64,000 nt of DNA, taken from positions 1,146 to 65,145 of the forward strand of contig MGQW01000008.1 in assembly GCA_001798885.1 (NCBI GenBank), in the 5' to 3' direction. This DNA comes from Deltaproteobacteria bacterium RBG_16_64_85. GTDB taxonomy: Bacteria > Desulfobacterota > Deferrimicrobia > Deferrimicrobiales > Deferrimicrobiaceae. This document shows, in pieces, positions 1 to 8,656 of this stretch. The stretch's first letter is position 1. Each line of letters opens with the position of its first letter. Made by a program: the position numbers and the translations under genes. The notes under the pieces were generated by a model that was not told the DNA's origin, did not search any database, and worked only from the letters and a program-made list of their open reading frames with translations.

Positions 1-427
1 CCTGTCGGCCGCGGAGACCGGCCACATGGTCATGGGAACGCTCCATTCGAACAGCGCCACGGCGGCAGTGGACCGGATCGTCGATATCTTCCCGGGGAGC
101 CAGCAGCCCCAGATCCGTGCCCAGCTGGCCGAATCCCTCCTGCTCGCTTTCTCCCAGCGTCTCCTCCGGCGCGCCTCCGGAACCGGCAGGGTCCTCGCAT
201 GGGAGAAGATGAGCACATCCCTGCGCGTGCGGAACGCGATCCGGGAGGGGAAGGTCAGCCAGCTGCGCGGAATGATGCAGGCGAACGTCGAGGAGCTGGT
301 CAGCATCGACTGGACCCTGGCGGAGCTGGTCGCCTCCGGCAAGGTGAAGTACGAGGAGGCGTGCAAGTACGCCGACAATATCACGTATCTGAACGACCAG
401 CTCAAGGTGCGGGGAGTCTACAAATAG
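1..427 (+). CDS. pilT: Type IV pilus retraction ATPase PilT/PilU family, C-terminal portion (5' end lies upstream of window)
   Basis: ORF 26..427 translation has GTLHSNSA...DRIVDIFP...QIRAQLAESL, matching the PilT C-terminal region; reading frame is open to the window edge. Confidence 0.8.
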   Translation, partial: LSAAETGHMVMGTLHSNSATAAVDRIVDIFPGSQQPQIRAQLAESLLLAFSQRLLRRASGTGRVLAWEKMSTSLRVRNAIREGKVSQLRGMMQANVEELVSIDWTLAELVASGKVKYEEACKYADNITYLNDQLKVRGVYK

Positions 428-473
428 GGACCGGGCCGAAAGAGTCTTCATCACGGCGGGGAGAGGTTGACCG

Positions 474-1277
474 ATGATCGGGAAGAAGATCCGCCTGGAG
501 CGGATCATGGACCGGAACAACCGGAAGACGGTGATCGTCCCCATGGACCACGGGGTGACGGTCGGCCCCATCCCCGGGCTCATCCAGATCCCCCCCGCGG
601 CCAACCTCATTGCGGAGGGAGGGGCCAACGCCGCCATCGTGCACCGGGGGGCGGCGATGTTCGGGCACCGGGGGTACGGGAAGGACCTGGGGCTTATCCT
701 CCACCTCTCCGCCAGCACGAACCTTTCCCCTGACTCCAACCGGAAAGTCCTGGTGGCGACGGTCGAGGATGCCCTGCAGATGGGCGCCGACGCGGTCTCC
801 ATCCACGTGAACCTGGGGGCCGACGACGAGGCACGGATGCTCCGGGATTTCGGCGCGGTGTCCAGCGCCTGCCAGCGGTGGGGGATGCCGCTTCTCGCGA
901 TGATCTACACCCGCGGCCCCAAGATCAAGAACGAGTATGACCTCCGCTACGTGCGCCATGCCGCCCGGGTGGGGGCGGAAATGGGCGCGGACATCGTGAA
1001 GGTCCCCTACACCGGCAGCCCCGAGACGTTCCGGGAGGTGGTGGAAGGGTGCGCGAGCCCGGTGGTCATCGCCGGCGGAGAGAAGATGGAAAGCGACGAG
1101 CAAGTCCTGCGGATGGTCCGGGACGCCGTCGCGGCGGGAGGATCCGGGGCCTCCATCGGGAGGAACGTCTTCCAGCACCCGTCTCCGGCCACGATGGTCC
1201 GGGCCATCGTGGCGATCGTCCACGGCGGGGCGACCCTTCAGGAAGCGATGGGGTTGCTCAAGGCCAAGGGGAAGTGA
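474..1277 (+). CDS. aroA': 2-amino-3,7-dideoxy-D-threo-hept-6-ulosonate (ADH) synthase, archaeal-type shikimate entry enzyme AroA' (DhnA-type class I aldolase family)
   Basis: 267 aa; N-terminus [11 protein letters not shown]...TVIVPMDHG typical of DhnA/ADH synthase family; GGAGAGG Shine-Dalgarno upstream; immediately followed by aroB'-like gene. Confidence 0.65.
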   Translation: MIGKKIRLERIMDRNNRKTVIVPMDHGVTVGPIPGLIQIPPAANLIAEGGANAAIVHRGAAMFGHRGYGKDLGLILHLSASTNLSPDSNRKVLVATVEDALQMGADAVSIHVNLGADDEARMLRDFGAVSSACQRWGMPLLAMIYTRGPKIKNEYDLRYVRHAARVGAEMGADIVKVPYTGSPETFREVVEGCASPVVIAGGEKMESDEQVLRMVRDAVAAGGSGASIGRNVFQHPSPATMVRAIVAIVHGGATLQEAMGLLKAKGK

Positions 1278-2275
1278 TGGTTCCCGTGCTTTGGGCGCGG
1301 GTCATCCCGTGGAACAAGGAGATCGCGGTCGCCGCGCTGGAATCCGGCGTCGACACGCTGTGGATCCCCGACGGCTGCCTCGAAAGGGCGCGGGAACTGG
1401 GGCGGGTCCGTACCGCGTGCGCGGAGGGCGACTTCCGCGAGGGACGGGATTACCGCGTTACCGAGATGAAGGGGAAGTCGGACGAGGGAGCGATCCTTTC
1501 CTCTCCGCCGGAGACGATCTGGGTCGTCTTTCCCTGCGAGCGGGAGGTGATTCCCCTCGAGAATCTGGTCGCCTGGCGTCGGAAGATCCTGGCCGCCGCC
1601 CGGACCCCCGAGGAGGTGACGCTCTACCGCGGGGTCCTCGAAAAGGGCGTGCACGGAATCGTTCTCCTTGCGGACGACCCCGGCAGGATGCGCGCACTGG
1701 CCTCCGCAGCCCGGAAAGAGACCGAGGCGACCCGGCTGGTCGAAGCCGGGGTTACCGGGGTTTCCCCGCTCGGCATCGGCGACCGGGTCTGCGTGGATAC
1801 CTGCACGCTGATCGAGGGGAGCCGGGGGATGCTGGTGGGCAACTCGAGCGCGGGGCTGTTCCTGGTCTGCGCGGAGAATGTTCCCAACCCCTATGTCCTT
1901 CCACGCCCCTTCCGCGTCAACGCCGGTGGGGTTCATTTGTACTGCCGGCTCCCCGGCGGGCGCACCGCCTATCTTTCCGAACTTGCGTCCGGATCCGAAG
2001 TTCTCCTGGTGAACGAGGTGGGCGAGGGAGAAACCGCCACGGTCGGACGGGTCAAGGTGGAGCGGAGACCCCTTCTCCAGGTCCGTGCGAAGGCTCCTTC
2101 CGGGGCGGTCCACTCCGTCGTCCTGCAGAACGCGGAAACGATCCGTCTGGTAGGTCCGGGGGGCGCGACCGTTTCCGTGGCGAAGCTTCGCGAGGGGGAC
2201 GCCGTTCTTCTCGCGGAGGAAGCGGCGGGTCGGCACTTCGGCGTGGCGGTCGAGGAGACGATCCGCGAAAATTGA
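1277..2275 (+). CDS. aroB': 3-dehydroquinate synthase II (archaeal-type AroB')
   Basis: ATG at 1277 overlaps the upstream stop (TGATGG); about 332 aa; similarity pattern to DHQ synthase II ([15 protein letters not shown]...); the longer ORF 1049.. is rejected as an N-terminal over-extension. Confidence 0.7.
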   Translation: MVPVLWARVIPWNKEIAVAALESGVDTLWIPDGCLERARELGRVRTACAEGDFREGRDYRVTEMKGKSDEGAILSSPPETIWVVFPCEREVIPLENLVAWRRKILAAARTPEEVTLYRGVLEKGVHGIVLLADDPGRMRALASAARKETEATRLVEAGVTGVSPLGIGDRVCVDTCTLIEGSRGMLVGNSSAGLFLVCAENVPNPYVLPRPFRVNAGGVHLYCRLPGGRTAYLSELASGSEVLLVNEVGEGETATVGRVKVERRPLLQVRAKAPSGAVHSVVLQNAETIRLVGPGGATVSVAKLREGDAVLLAEEAAGRHFGVAVEETIREN

Positions 2276-2299
2276 GGGATTTCCCGCACGCCATAAAGG

Positions 2300-2305
2300 T
2301 ATAAT
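2300..2305 (+). promoter_or_regulatory. Putative sigma-70 -10 hexamer (TATAAT) upstream of tatA
   Basis: Perfect TATAAT about 35 nt upstream of the tatA ATG; the -35 element is weak. Confidence 0.3.
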
Positions 2306-2339
2306 GATTCTGTCGTAGGTCGCCGTTTGAGGAGGGAGC

Positions 2340-2525
2340 ATGTTCGGACTCGGATTGCCGGAGTTACTGGTTCTGCTGGTCATCGTCGTCCTGCTGTTCG
2401 GCGCGGGAAAGCTGCCGCAGATCGGACAGGGCCTGGGGGAAGGGATCCGCAATTTCAAGAAATCGATGAAGCAAAAAGACGAGGTCGACGTCACCCCTGC
2501 CAAGACCGACGACCAGAAAAAATAG
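2340..2525 (+). CDS. tatA: Twin-arginine translocase subunit TatA/TatE
   Basis: 61 aa, [26 protein letters not shown], the hallmark TatA N-terminus; GAGGAGGG RBS. Confidence 0.85.
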   Translation: MFGLGLPELLVLLVIVVLLFGAGKLPQIGQGLGEGIRNFKKSMKQKDEVDVTPAKTDDQKK

Positions 2526-2545
2526 GCGCCCTTGCGGCGGCGCCT
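2524..2545. terminator. GC-rich hairpin (AGGCGCC-N8-GGCGCCT) between convergent tatA and the zinc-ribbon gene; possible bidirectional terminator without a U-tract
   Basis: 7-bp perfect inverted repeat located directly after the tatA stop codon. Confidence 0.25.
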
Positions 2546-2558
2546 CCATGGCGTCCCT

Positions 2559-3782
2559 TCAGTCGCTGTCCTTCGCTTCCAGGCGGTAGGCGCTGATCCC
2601 TTCGGGAGCGTTGATAAACACCACCATGAACGGCACGGATTTCCCCGGCGCGACGTCCATGTTGACCAGCTTTTCGCCGAACTGGTTGGAGAGGGATTCC
2701 TCGATCTTTTCACGGGTGGCCGTGCGCAGGGTTTCCGCGGAGAGGACGGTTCCCGCGTAGGAGGTTCTCTCCGCTAACGGCTGATCCTTGCTGTCCAGCA
2801 GCGCTGCGTGGATCCGGATGCCGCTCTTGCGGGTTCTTCCCATGTTCGCCACTTGGCCCTTGATGACAAACAGGTTCCCCGCCCTCGTGTTGGGTTCGTA
2901 GTAGCCGATCAGGTTCCTGACGTCGAATTGTGGGCCGGGCTTGCCGCTACGGGGCAGCCACAGCGATTCCATTCCGGGCACCAGCCCCCGCAGAAGGTCC
3001 TGCCCGTTCTTGGTGAACCCGAGGTAGGCCCCGCCTCCCGCAAGCGCAACGAACAGGAGGACAAGGGCGATCAGGGAGGGCCGCAAGGGCGGGGATGCCG
3101 CCTTCCGCGCCTCGGGCGGTCTCGTGGGAAGGGCTTCCCTGATTTTCCGCAATTCCGGCGAGACAGGAGCGTCCGGTGCGCTTTCCGCCGGAGCCGTCAT
3201 CGATTCCGGGGCGGCGGCGGATGGCGTCTCTTCCGTGGACTCCTGCCGGAGATGGGTGGAGAGATCGAACCTCTCCCCCTTCTCTTCTTTCCTGTGCTCC
3301 TCCTTCAGAAAGTCGTGGGCATCTCCGGTGCCGATGAGGAAATCGGGCATGGCCGCATCTTTCGGCGGTTCGGCGGGAAGATCGAGGTCGAACCTTTCCT
3401 CCGGCCGAAAGTCGATGGCGAGATCCGGAAGGGCGGTCGACTCTTTTTCCTCTTCCGCCGGCGAGGATTTCTCCGTCCCGCTGGTGGCGAGATATTTCCC
3501 GAAGGGGACATCGACCTCGTCTTTTCCCCCGGAGAGTCCGGCCGGGAGAGAGGGTTCCGGCGGCGCCTCTTCCGGCTTTTCCTCCATCGACTCCCGGATC
3601 ACGGAACGAAGGTCGAGGAAACCTTCGCCGGCCTCCTTCGCTGCTGCCGCCTGGGGTTCCTCGGGTTTCAAGACCATGATGGGCTCTCCGCAACGGCGGC
3701 AGCGGACCCGCGCCCCTCTCCCCTTGATCTTGGTCTCGTCCAGCCTGAACCGCGTCCGGCATGCGGGGCACTCGATGATCAT
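2559..3782 (-). CDS. MJ0042-type zinc-ribbon domain membrane protein with a C-terminal DUF3426-like domain
   Basis: N-terminal CPACRTRF...CRRCG zinc ribbon, acidic/Pro-rich linker, one TM helix (LIALVLLFVALAGGGAYLGF); ATG overlaps the hpt stop (ATGA). Confidence 0.55.
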   Translation of the reverse strand: MIIECPACRTRFRLDETKIKGRGARVRCRRCGEPIMVLKPEEPQAAAAKEAGEGFLDLRSVIRESMEEKPEEAPPEPSLPAGLSGGKDEVDVPFGKYLATSGTEKSSPAEEEKESTALPDLAIDFRPEERFDLDLPAEPPKDAAMPDFLIGTGDAHDFLKEEHRKEEKGERFDLSTHLRQESTEETPSAAAPESMTAPAESAPDAPVSPELRKIREALPTRPPEARKAASPPLRPSLIALVLLFVALAGGGAYLGFTKNGQDLLRGLVPGMESLWLPRSGKPGPQFDVRNLIGYYEPNTRAGNLFVIKGQVANMGRTRKSGIRIHAALLDSKDQPLAERTSYAGTVLSAETLRTATREKIEESLSNQFGEKLVNMDVAPGKSVPFMVVFINAPEGISAYRLEAKDSD

Positions 3783-4356
3783 CTGCGTCCTCCGTCAAGA
3801 ACCTTTCGACCGCCGGAAAGCGGCAAGGTGTAGATCTGCGGGAGCTGCCGGTACGCCTCCCCGTAATCCATTCCGTATCCCACGAGGAAGCCCCTTTTCA
3901 GGCGGAACCCCGGGAATTCGATGTCCGCGCCGGTCACCCTCCGCTCACGCTTGTCCACGAGGGCGCAGGAGCGGACCGATCGGGCGTTTTTCCCTTCCAG
4001 GTGCCGTCTCAGGAACGCCATGGTATTCCCCGTGTCGACGATGTCCTCCACGATCAGGACGTCCCTGCCGGAGACGTCGATCTCCACGTCCTTCGTGACC
4101 TCGATGCATTTCCCCGGAGCCTCCCCGTTGCCGTAGCTGCGTACCCGCAGGAAATCGATCCGGGCGGGGATCGCAAGCTCCCGGGCAAGGTCGCCGAGGA
4201 ACAGAAAGCCGCCCTTTAAAATGCCCACGAGGACAAGGTCCGCTCCGGCGTAGGACTTCTCGATCCGGCGGGCGAGCGAGGCGACCTTCCTCCGGATCTG
4301 CGCTGCGGTGAACCGCGGCCTTCTTCCGACTATAGTGAATTTCGGCCGCTTGCTCA
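3779..4356 (-). CDS. hpt: Hypoxanthine-guanine phosphoribosyltransferase
   Basis: 3' part of ORF 3779..4966 translates to ...LVLVGILKGGFLFLGDLAREL...VLIVEDIVDTGNTMAF..., the PRTase motif of Hpt; probable TTG start overlapping the tatC stop (TTGA); start is uncertain to within a few codons. Confidence 0.75.
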
Positions 4357-5124
4357 AGCCTGCAGCCTCGCCTTGTGCCGGCGCGCTCCCATGGCGCAGA
4401 GCAGGATGCCGGCTTCGTAGAGGATATAGAGCGGGATGGCGATCAGGATCTGGGAGGCCACGTCCGGAGGCGTCAGGACGGCGGCCAGGAGGAGCACCCC
4501 CAGCACGGCCACCTTTCTCCCCTTGCGCAACAGAGCCGGGGTAAGGATCCCGGCCCGCCCGAGGAGGTACAGCATCAGCGGGAGCTCGAACATGATGCCG
4601 AAGGTGAGGAGCAGCCGAAGGATCAAGGACAGGGATTCCTTCATCGACGGCATGGGGACGATGACGGAGCGGCCGAACCCCAGGAAGAAGGAGAGGACCT
4701 GCGGGATGGCCACGAAATATCCGAACGCCATGCCGGCGAGAAGCCCGAACGTCGACCACGCGACGCAGATCTGGACGACCGTCCGCTCCCTTCGATAGAG
4801 GCCCGGGGAGACGAAGCGCCAGAGCTGGTAGAGGATCACCGGGCTGGCGAGGACGAACCCGCCCCAGAGGGCCACCTTGAAGTAGGTGAGAAACGCCTCG
4901 GTGAGTTCGGTGAAGATGAGGCGGGAATTGCCGGGGAGGTGGATGAATAGCGGCCGTAGCAACCACTCGTAGATGTCCTCCGACCAGTTGTAACAGAGTC
5001 CCGCCCCGACCCCGAGCGCAAGAAGGGAGCGGATCAGGCGCTTTCGCAGTTCCTCCAGGTGCTCGGAGAGAGGGAGCCGGACTTCCTCTTCATTACGGGC
5101 TTCCTCGCGGACTTCCTCACTCAT
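4354..5124 (-). CDS. tatC: Twin-arginine translocase subunit TatC
   Basis: 256 aa polytopic membrane protein; N-terminus LSEHLEELRKRLIRSLLALGVG typical of TatC. Confidence 0.9.
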   Translation of the reverse strand: MSEEVREEARNEEEVRLPLSEHLEELRKRLIRSLLALGVGAGLCYNWSEDIYEWLLRPLFIHLPGNSRLIFTELTEAFLTYFKVALWGGFVLASPVILYQLWRFVSPGLYRRERTVVQICVAWSTFGLLAGMAFGYFVAIPQVLSFFLGFGRSVIVPMPSMKESLSLILRLLLTFGIMFELPLMLYLLGRAGILTPALLRKGRKVAVLGVLLLAAVLTPPDVASQILIAIPLYILYEAGILLCAMGARRHKARLQA

Positions 5125-5146
5125 GCGGCGGGGAAACCCGACGGGC

Positions 5147-5386
5147 TCATCCCTGGGAGACCGGCGGGCGGGGCGTGGTCTCTTCCTTCGCGGCCTCCTC
5201 CTTCGGGGCTTCCTCCTTCATGGCCTCGTCAATGCTCTTCTTGACCTCCTCCGAGGCCTTCTTGAACTCGGCAAGCCCCTTGCCCAGACTCTTGGCCAGG
5301 TCCGGCAGCCGCTTCGGCCCGAAAAAGATCAGGACCACGACCAAGATGAGGAGCATCTCCTGGAAGCCGATCCCGAACATTTGCAC
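5147..5386 (-). CDS. Twin-arginine translocase TatA/TatB-family subunit (second copy)
   Basis: 79 aa, MQMFGIGFQEMLLILVVVLIFFGPKRLP; sits directly upstream of tatC. Confidence 0.8.
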   Translation of the reverse strand: MQMFGIGFQEMLLILVVVLIFFGPKRLPDLAKSLGKGLAEFKKASEEVKKSIDEAMKEEAPKEEAAKEETTPRPPVSQG

Positions 5387-5469
5387 CCCCGTGACGATCT
5401 TCTTTTACTACTATACCCCAGGGTTCCGTTCCAAATCCATGTTATCCAATAGGATAAAACCCGCTATCC

Positions 5470-5481
5470 GATCGGATGGAA
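5470..5481. promoter_or_regulatory. Perfect 12-bp palindrome ATCCGATCGGAT in a divergent promoter region
   Basis: Located between the minus-strand tat operon and the plus-strand ATPase-fusion operon; candidate operator. Confidence 0.2.
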
Positions 5482-5608
5482 GGAACGGATCGCGAACCTT
5501 CGCCCGAATGCGCAGACCGCCGTTTTACACGGATTTTTAAAAAGGCACGGCATTTGATAGGAAGATCCATTGAGGTCTTATCCACCACCGATCGCAGGGA
5601 GGAACCGC

Positions 5609-8600
5609 GTGTTCCTGGGTGTCGACATCGGATCGATCAGCGTGAAATTCGCCCTTTTCGTGCCGCCGGGAGGCGGGCCGGTGAGCGAGGAGGTTCTCGG
5701 GACGTTCCAGAATCCGGAGCCGATCGGGATTCCGGGAAGGGGGCAGGCGTATCTACTGTCCTACGATCGGCTCCTCGGGGATCCGAACCGGAAAGTTCCG
5801 GAGCGATTGCGGTACTGGCTGGGCACACTGGGAGCCTCCCGCGTGCCGTCCTTGGCCGTTACGGGGAAGGCCAGCAAGCACCTCTCGGAGAAACTTTCCG
5901 CCCATTACGAAAACGATTTTCGCTGCCTGGTGAAGGCGGTGACCGCGATCTACCCGGATGTCCGCACGATCTTCGAGATGGGAGGGGAAAACTCCAAGGT
6001 GATTCGCCTCGAACCCGGGCGCCCGGGCGAGGCGGTCCGGATCAAGGACTACGACACCAACGGGGACTGCGCCGCCGGCACGGGCTCCTTTATCGACCAG
6101 CAGGCCAACCGGATGCAGTTTGCCGTGGAGGAGATCGGGGAGATGGTCGTACGGGCCGCGAATTCGGCCAGGATCGCCGGGCGCTGTTCCGTGTTCGCCA
6201 AGTCCGACATGATCCATGCCCAGCAGAAGGGGTTTTCCCCCGAGGAAATCCTGAAAGGTCTGTGCGAGGCGGTGGCCCGCAACTTCAAGAGCAACATCAA
6301 TAAGGGGAAAGACCCGGGACCGAAGGTGGCGCTGGCCGGCGGATTGTTCGCAAACCAGGGGGTCGTCCGGGCGGTCTGCGACGCATTCGGGTTCGCCTCC
6401 GGGGACGTCGTCCTTTCCCCCGGCTTCGCGCACCTGAGCGCCATCGGGGCTGCGCTGGCGGCGGCGGAGATCCCGGCGTCGGAGAGGAAAGTCGTTATTG
6501 CGGAGATCTCCGATTCGGACGTCGGGAAGGAGTTCCATAAATCCTTCCCGGCCTGGCCGAGGCTGTCCACGGAAAACGTCGTCTTCCTCCGGGACCGGGT
6601 GGCTCCTCCTCCCCGGATCGAGGGGAAGCCGGAAGTCTTCCTCGGAATCGACATCGGTTCGGTGAGCACCAATTTCGTCCTCACCGACTGGGAGGGGAAT
6701 CTCCTGAAGGAGATTTACGTCGGCACGCAGGGGCGCCCCGTCCAGGTGGTCACCGACGGCCTGCGGGACCTGTGGGAGGAGTTTGGCGACACGGTGACGA
6801 TCCGAGGGGTGGGGACCACCGGTTCGGGCCGGGAGCTCATCGGGGAGCTGGTGGGAGCGGACACGGTCCAGGACGAGATCACGGCCCACAAGACCGGCTC
6901 CACCTTCATCAGCCGCCGCTTCTTCGACCAGCCGGTCGACACCATCTTCGAGATCGGGGGGCAGGATTCCAAGTTCATCGGCCTCGAAAACGGGGTCGTG
7001 GTGGACTTCGCGATGAACGATGCCTGCGCGGCGGGGACGGGATCGTTCCTCGAGGAGCAGGCGGAGCGGCTGGGCATCCAGATCAAGGGAGAGTTCGCCA
7101 CGCTTGCGCTCTCCTCCAAGGCGCCGATCCGGATGGGCGAGCGGTGCACGGTGTTCATGGAGCAGGACCTGAACAACTTCCTCCACCTGGGCGCGGAAAA
7201 GATCGACCTCGTGGCGGGGCTGGCTTATTCCGTGGTCCTCAACTACCTCAACCGGGTGGTCCGCGGGCGCAGGATCGGCGACACCATCTACTTCCAGGGA
7301 GGAACGGCCTACAACGACGCCGTGGCGGCCGCCTTCACGCACGTCCTGGGGAAGAAGATCATCGTCCCGCCGCACAACGGGGTCATCGGCGCCATCGGCA
7401 TGGCGCTGCTCGCGCGAGACAAGGTGAAAGCGCTCGGACGGTCCACACGGTTCCGCGGGTTCGACCTCCAGCAGGTGGACTACCGGCGCCGGGAGTTCGT
7501 CTGCAAGGGGTGCAGCAACGTCTGCGACATGCAGGAGATCCAGGTCGACGGGACGCGCACCTACTGGGGCGACAAGTGCTCCGAGAAGTACCGGAAGGCC
7601 GCCCGCACCGAGACGCGGCCGGTGATCGACGACCTGCCGGCGCGCCGGGCCGAGTACCTCGACCGATTGGCCGAGGGAGCCGAGAGCGGGCCGCGGGGGA
7701 TCGCGGGATATCCCCGCGCCATGTACTACTTCGAGCGGTTCCCGTTCTGGAAGGGGTTCCTCTCGGCCGTCGGGTTCGGGGTGAAGGTCAGCCCGCGGAC
7801 CGACAAGACGATCGCCCGCGAGGGGCTCGAGCTTACGGTCGCGGAGCCGTGCTACCCGATCCAGGTCGCCCACGGACACGTGGCGGCGCTGCTTCGGGAC
7901 GGGATCGACTTCCTGTTCGTCCCCAACGTCATCAACTCGGAGACGGAGCACATGCACACCGAATCCCACTTCTGCCCCTGGGGGCAGACGCTGCCGTTCG
8001 TGCTGGGCGCCGTTCCCAAGTGGGAGAAGGAGCTGCGCCAGAAGCTGCTGTCTCCCACGGTGCGCTTCCGGGACGGCGAGAAGTACGTCGTCGAGGACCT
8101 GTTCGAGTGCTTCGGTTCCCTGGGCGTCTCCCGCCGCGAGATCCGGGAAGGGATACGCGCCGGAACCCGCGAGCAGCGGAAGTTCCACGACTTCCTGATG
8201 AGCGCGGGGGCCGTCGCGGTATCCGAAGTGGAGAAGGCGGGGGCCAACGCCATCGTCCTGCTCGGCCGCCCGTACAACCTGTACGACCGCGACATCAACC
8301 TGAACATCCCCTCCAAGCTGCGTGACCAGTACGGGGCCAACGTCCTCCCGATCGATTTCCTTCCCGTGGACGACATCGACATCCGGGACATCCACGACAA
8401 CATGTTCTGGAACTACGGGAGGAAGATCATCGCCGCGGCGAGGTGGTGCCGGCCCCGCCCGAAATTCCACTTGATCTACATCACGAACTTCAAGTGCGGG
8501 CCGGATTCGTTCATCCGTCATTTCATCACCCGCGCCTCGGAGTCGCCGTATCTCTCGCTGCAGTTCGACGGGCACGGCAACGACGCGGGATACATGACCC

Positions 8601-8656
8601 GGTGCGAGGCCTATCTCGACAGCAAGGGGGTATTGCGCTGGTGGGCGGAAACGTGA
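5609..8656 (+). CDS. Tandem BadF/BadG/BcrA/BcrD(HgdC)-type ASKHA ATPase domains fused to a Cys-rich 2-hydroxyacyl-CoA dehydratase/DCCP-like (DUF2229-type) domain
   Basis: Two FLGxDIGSxS ATPase phosphate-1 motifs (about aa 14 and aa 355 of the ORF) plus a downstream Cys-rich region (CKGCSNVCD...C); GTG at 5609 sits 5 nt after GGGAGGA and is preferred over the TTG at 5570. Confidence 0.65.
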   Translation: MFLGVDIGSISVKFALFVPPGGGPVSEEVLGTFQNPEPIGIPGRGQAYLLSYDRLLGDPNRKVPERLRYWLGTLGASRVPSLAVTGKASKHLSEKLSAHYENDFRCLVKAVTAIYPDVRTIFEMGGENSKVIRLEPGRPGEAVRIKDYDTNGDCAAGTGSFIDQQANRMQFAVEEIGEMVVRAANSARIAGRCSVFAKSDMIHAQQKGFSPEEILKGLCEAVARNFKSNINKGKDPGPKVALAGGLFANQGVVRAVCDAFGFASGDVVLSPGFAHLSAIGAALAAAEIPASERKVVIAEISDSDVGKEFHKSFPAWPRLSTENVVFLRDRVAPPPRIEGKPEVFLGIDIGSVSTNFVLTDWEGNLLKEIYVGTQGRPVQVVTDGLRDLWEEFGDTVTIRGVGTTGSGRELIGELVGADTVQDEITAHKTGSTFISRRFFDQPVDTIFEIGGQDSKFIGLENGVVVDFAMNDACAAGTGSFLEEQAERLGIQIKGEFATLALSSKAPIRMGERCTVFMEQDLNNFLHLGAEKIDLVAGLAYSVVLNYLNRVVRGRRIGDTIYFQGGTAYNDAVAAAFTHVLGKKIIVPPHNGVIGAIGMALLARDKVKALGRSTRFRGFDLQQVDYRRREFVCKGCSNVCDMQEIQVDGTRTYWGDKCSEKYRKAARTETRPVIDDLPARRAEYLDRLAEGAESGPRGIAGYPRAMYYFERFPFWKGFLSAVGFGVKVSPRTDKTIAREGLELTVAEPCYPIQVAHGHVAALLRDGIDFLFVPNVINSETEHMHTESHFCPWGQTLPFVLGAVPKWEKELRQKLLSPTVRFRDGEKYVVEDLFECFGSLGVSRREIREGIRAGTREQRKFHDFLMSAGAVAVSEVEKAGANAIVLLGRPYNLYDRDINLNIPSKLRDQYGANVLPIDFLPVDDIDIRDIHDNMFWNYGRKIIAAARWCRPRPKFHLIYITNFKCGPDSFIRHFITRASESPYLSLQFDGHGNDAGYMTRCEAYLDSKGVLRWWAET

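Noticed and set aside
1049-2275. Longer 408-aa version of the aroB' ORF (also 3779..4966 for hpt, 9069..10685 for the phosphoesterase, 10202..11101 for archease, 45079..46197 for the HAD gene)
   Set aside because: The N-terminal extensions are Arg/Gly-rich and overlap upstream genes. Conserved family N-termini and start codons overlapping the upstream stops (ATGA/GTGA/TTGA) indicate the shorter internal starts.
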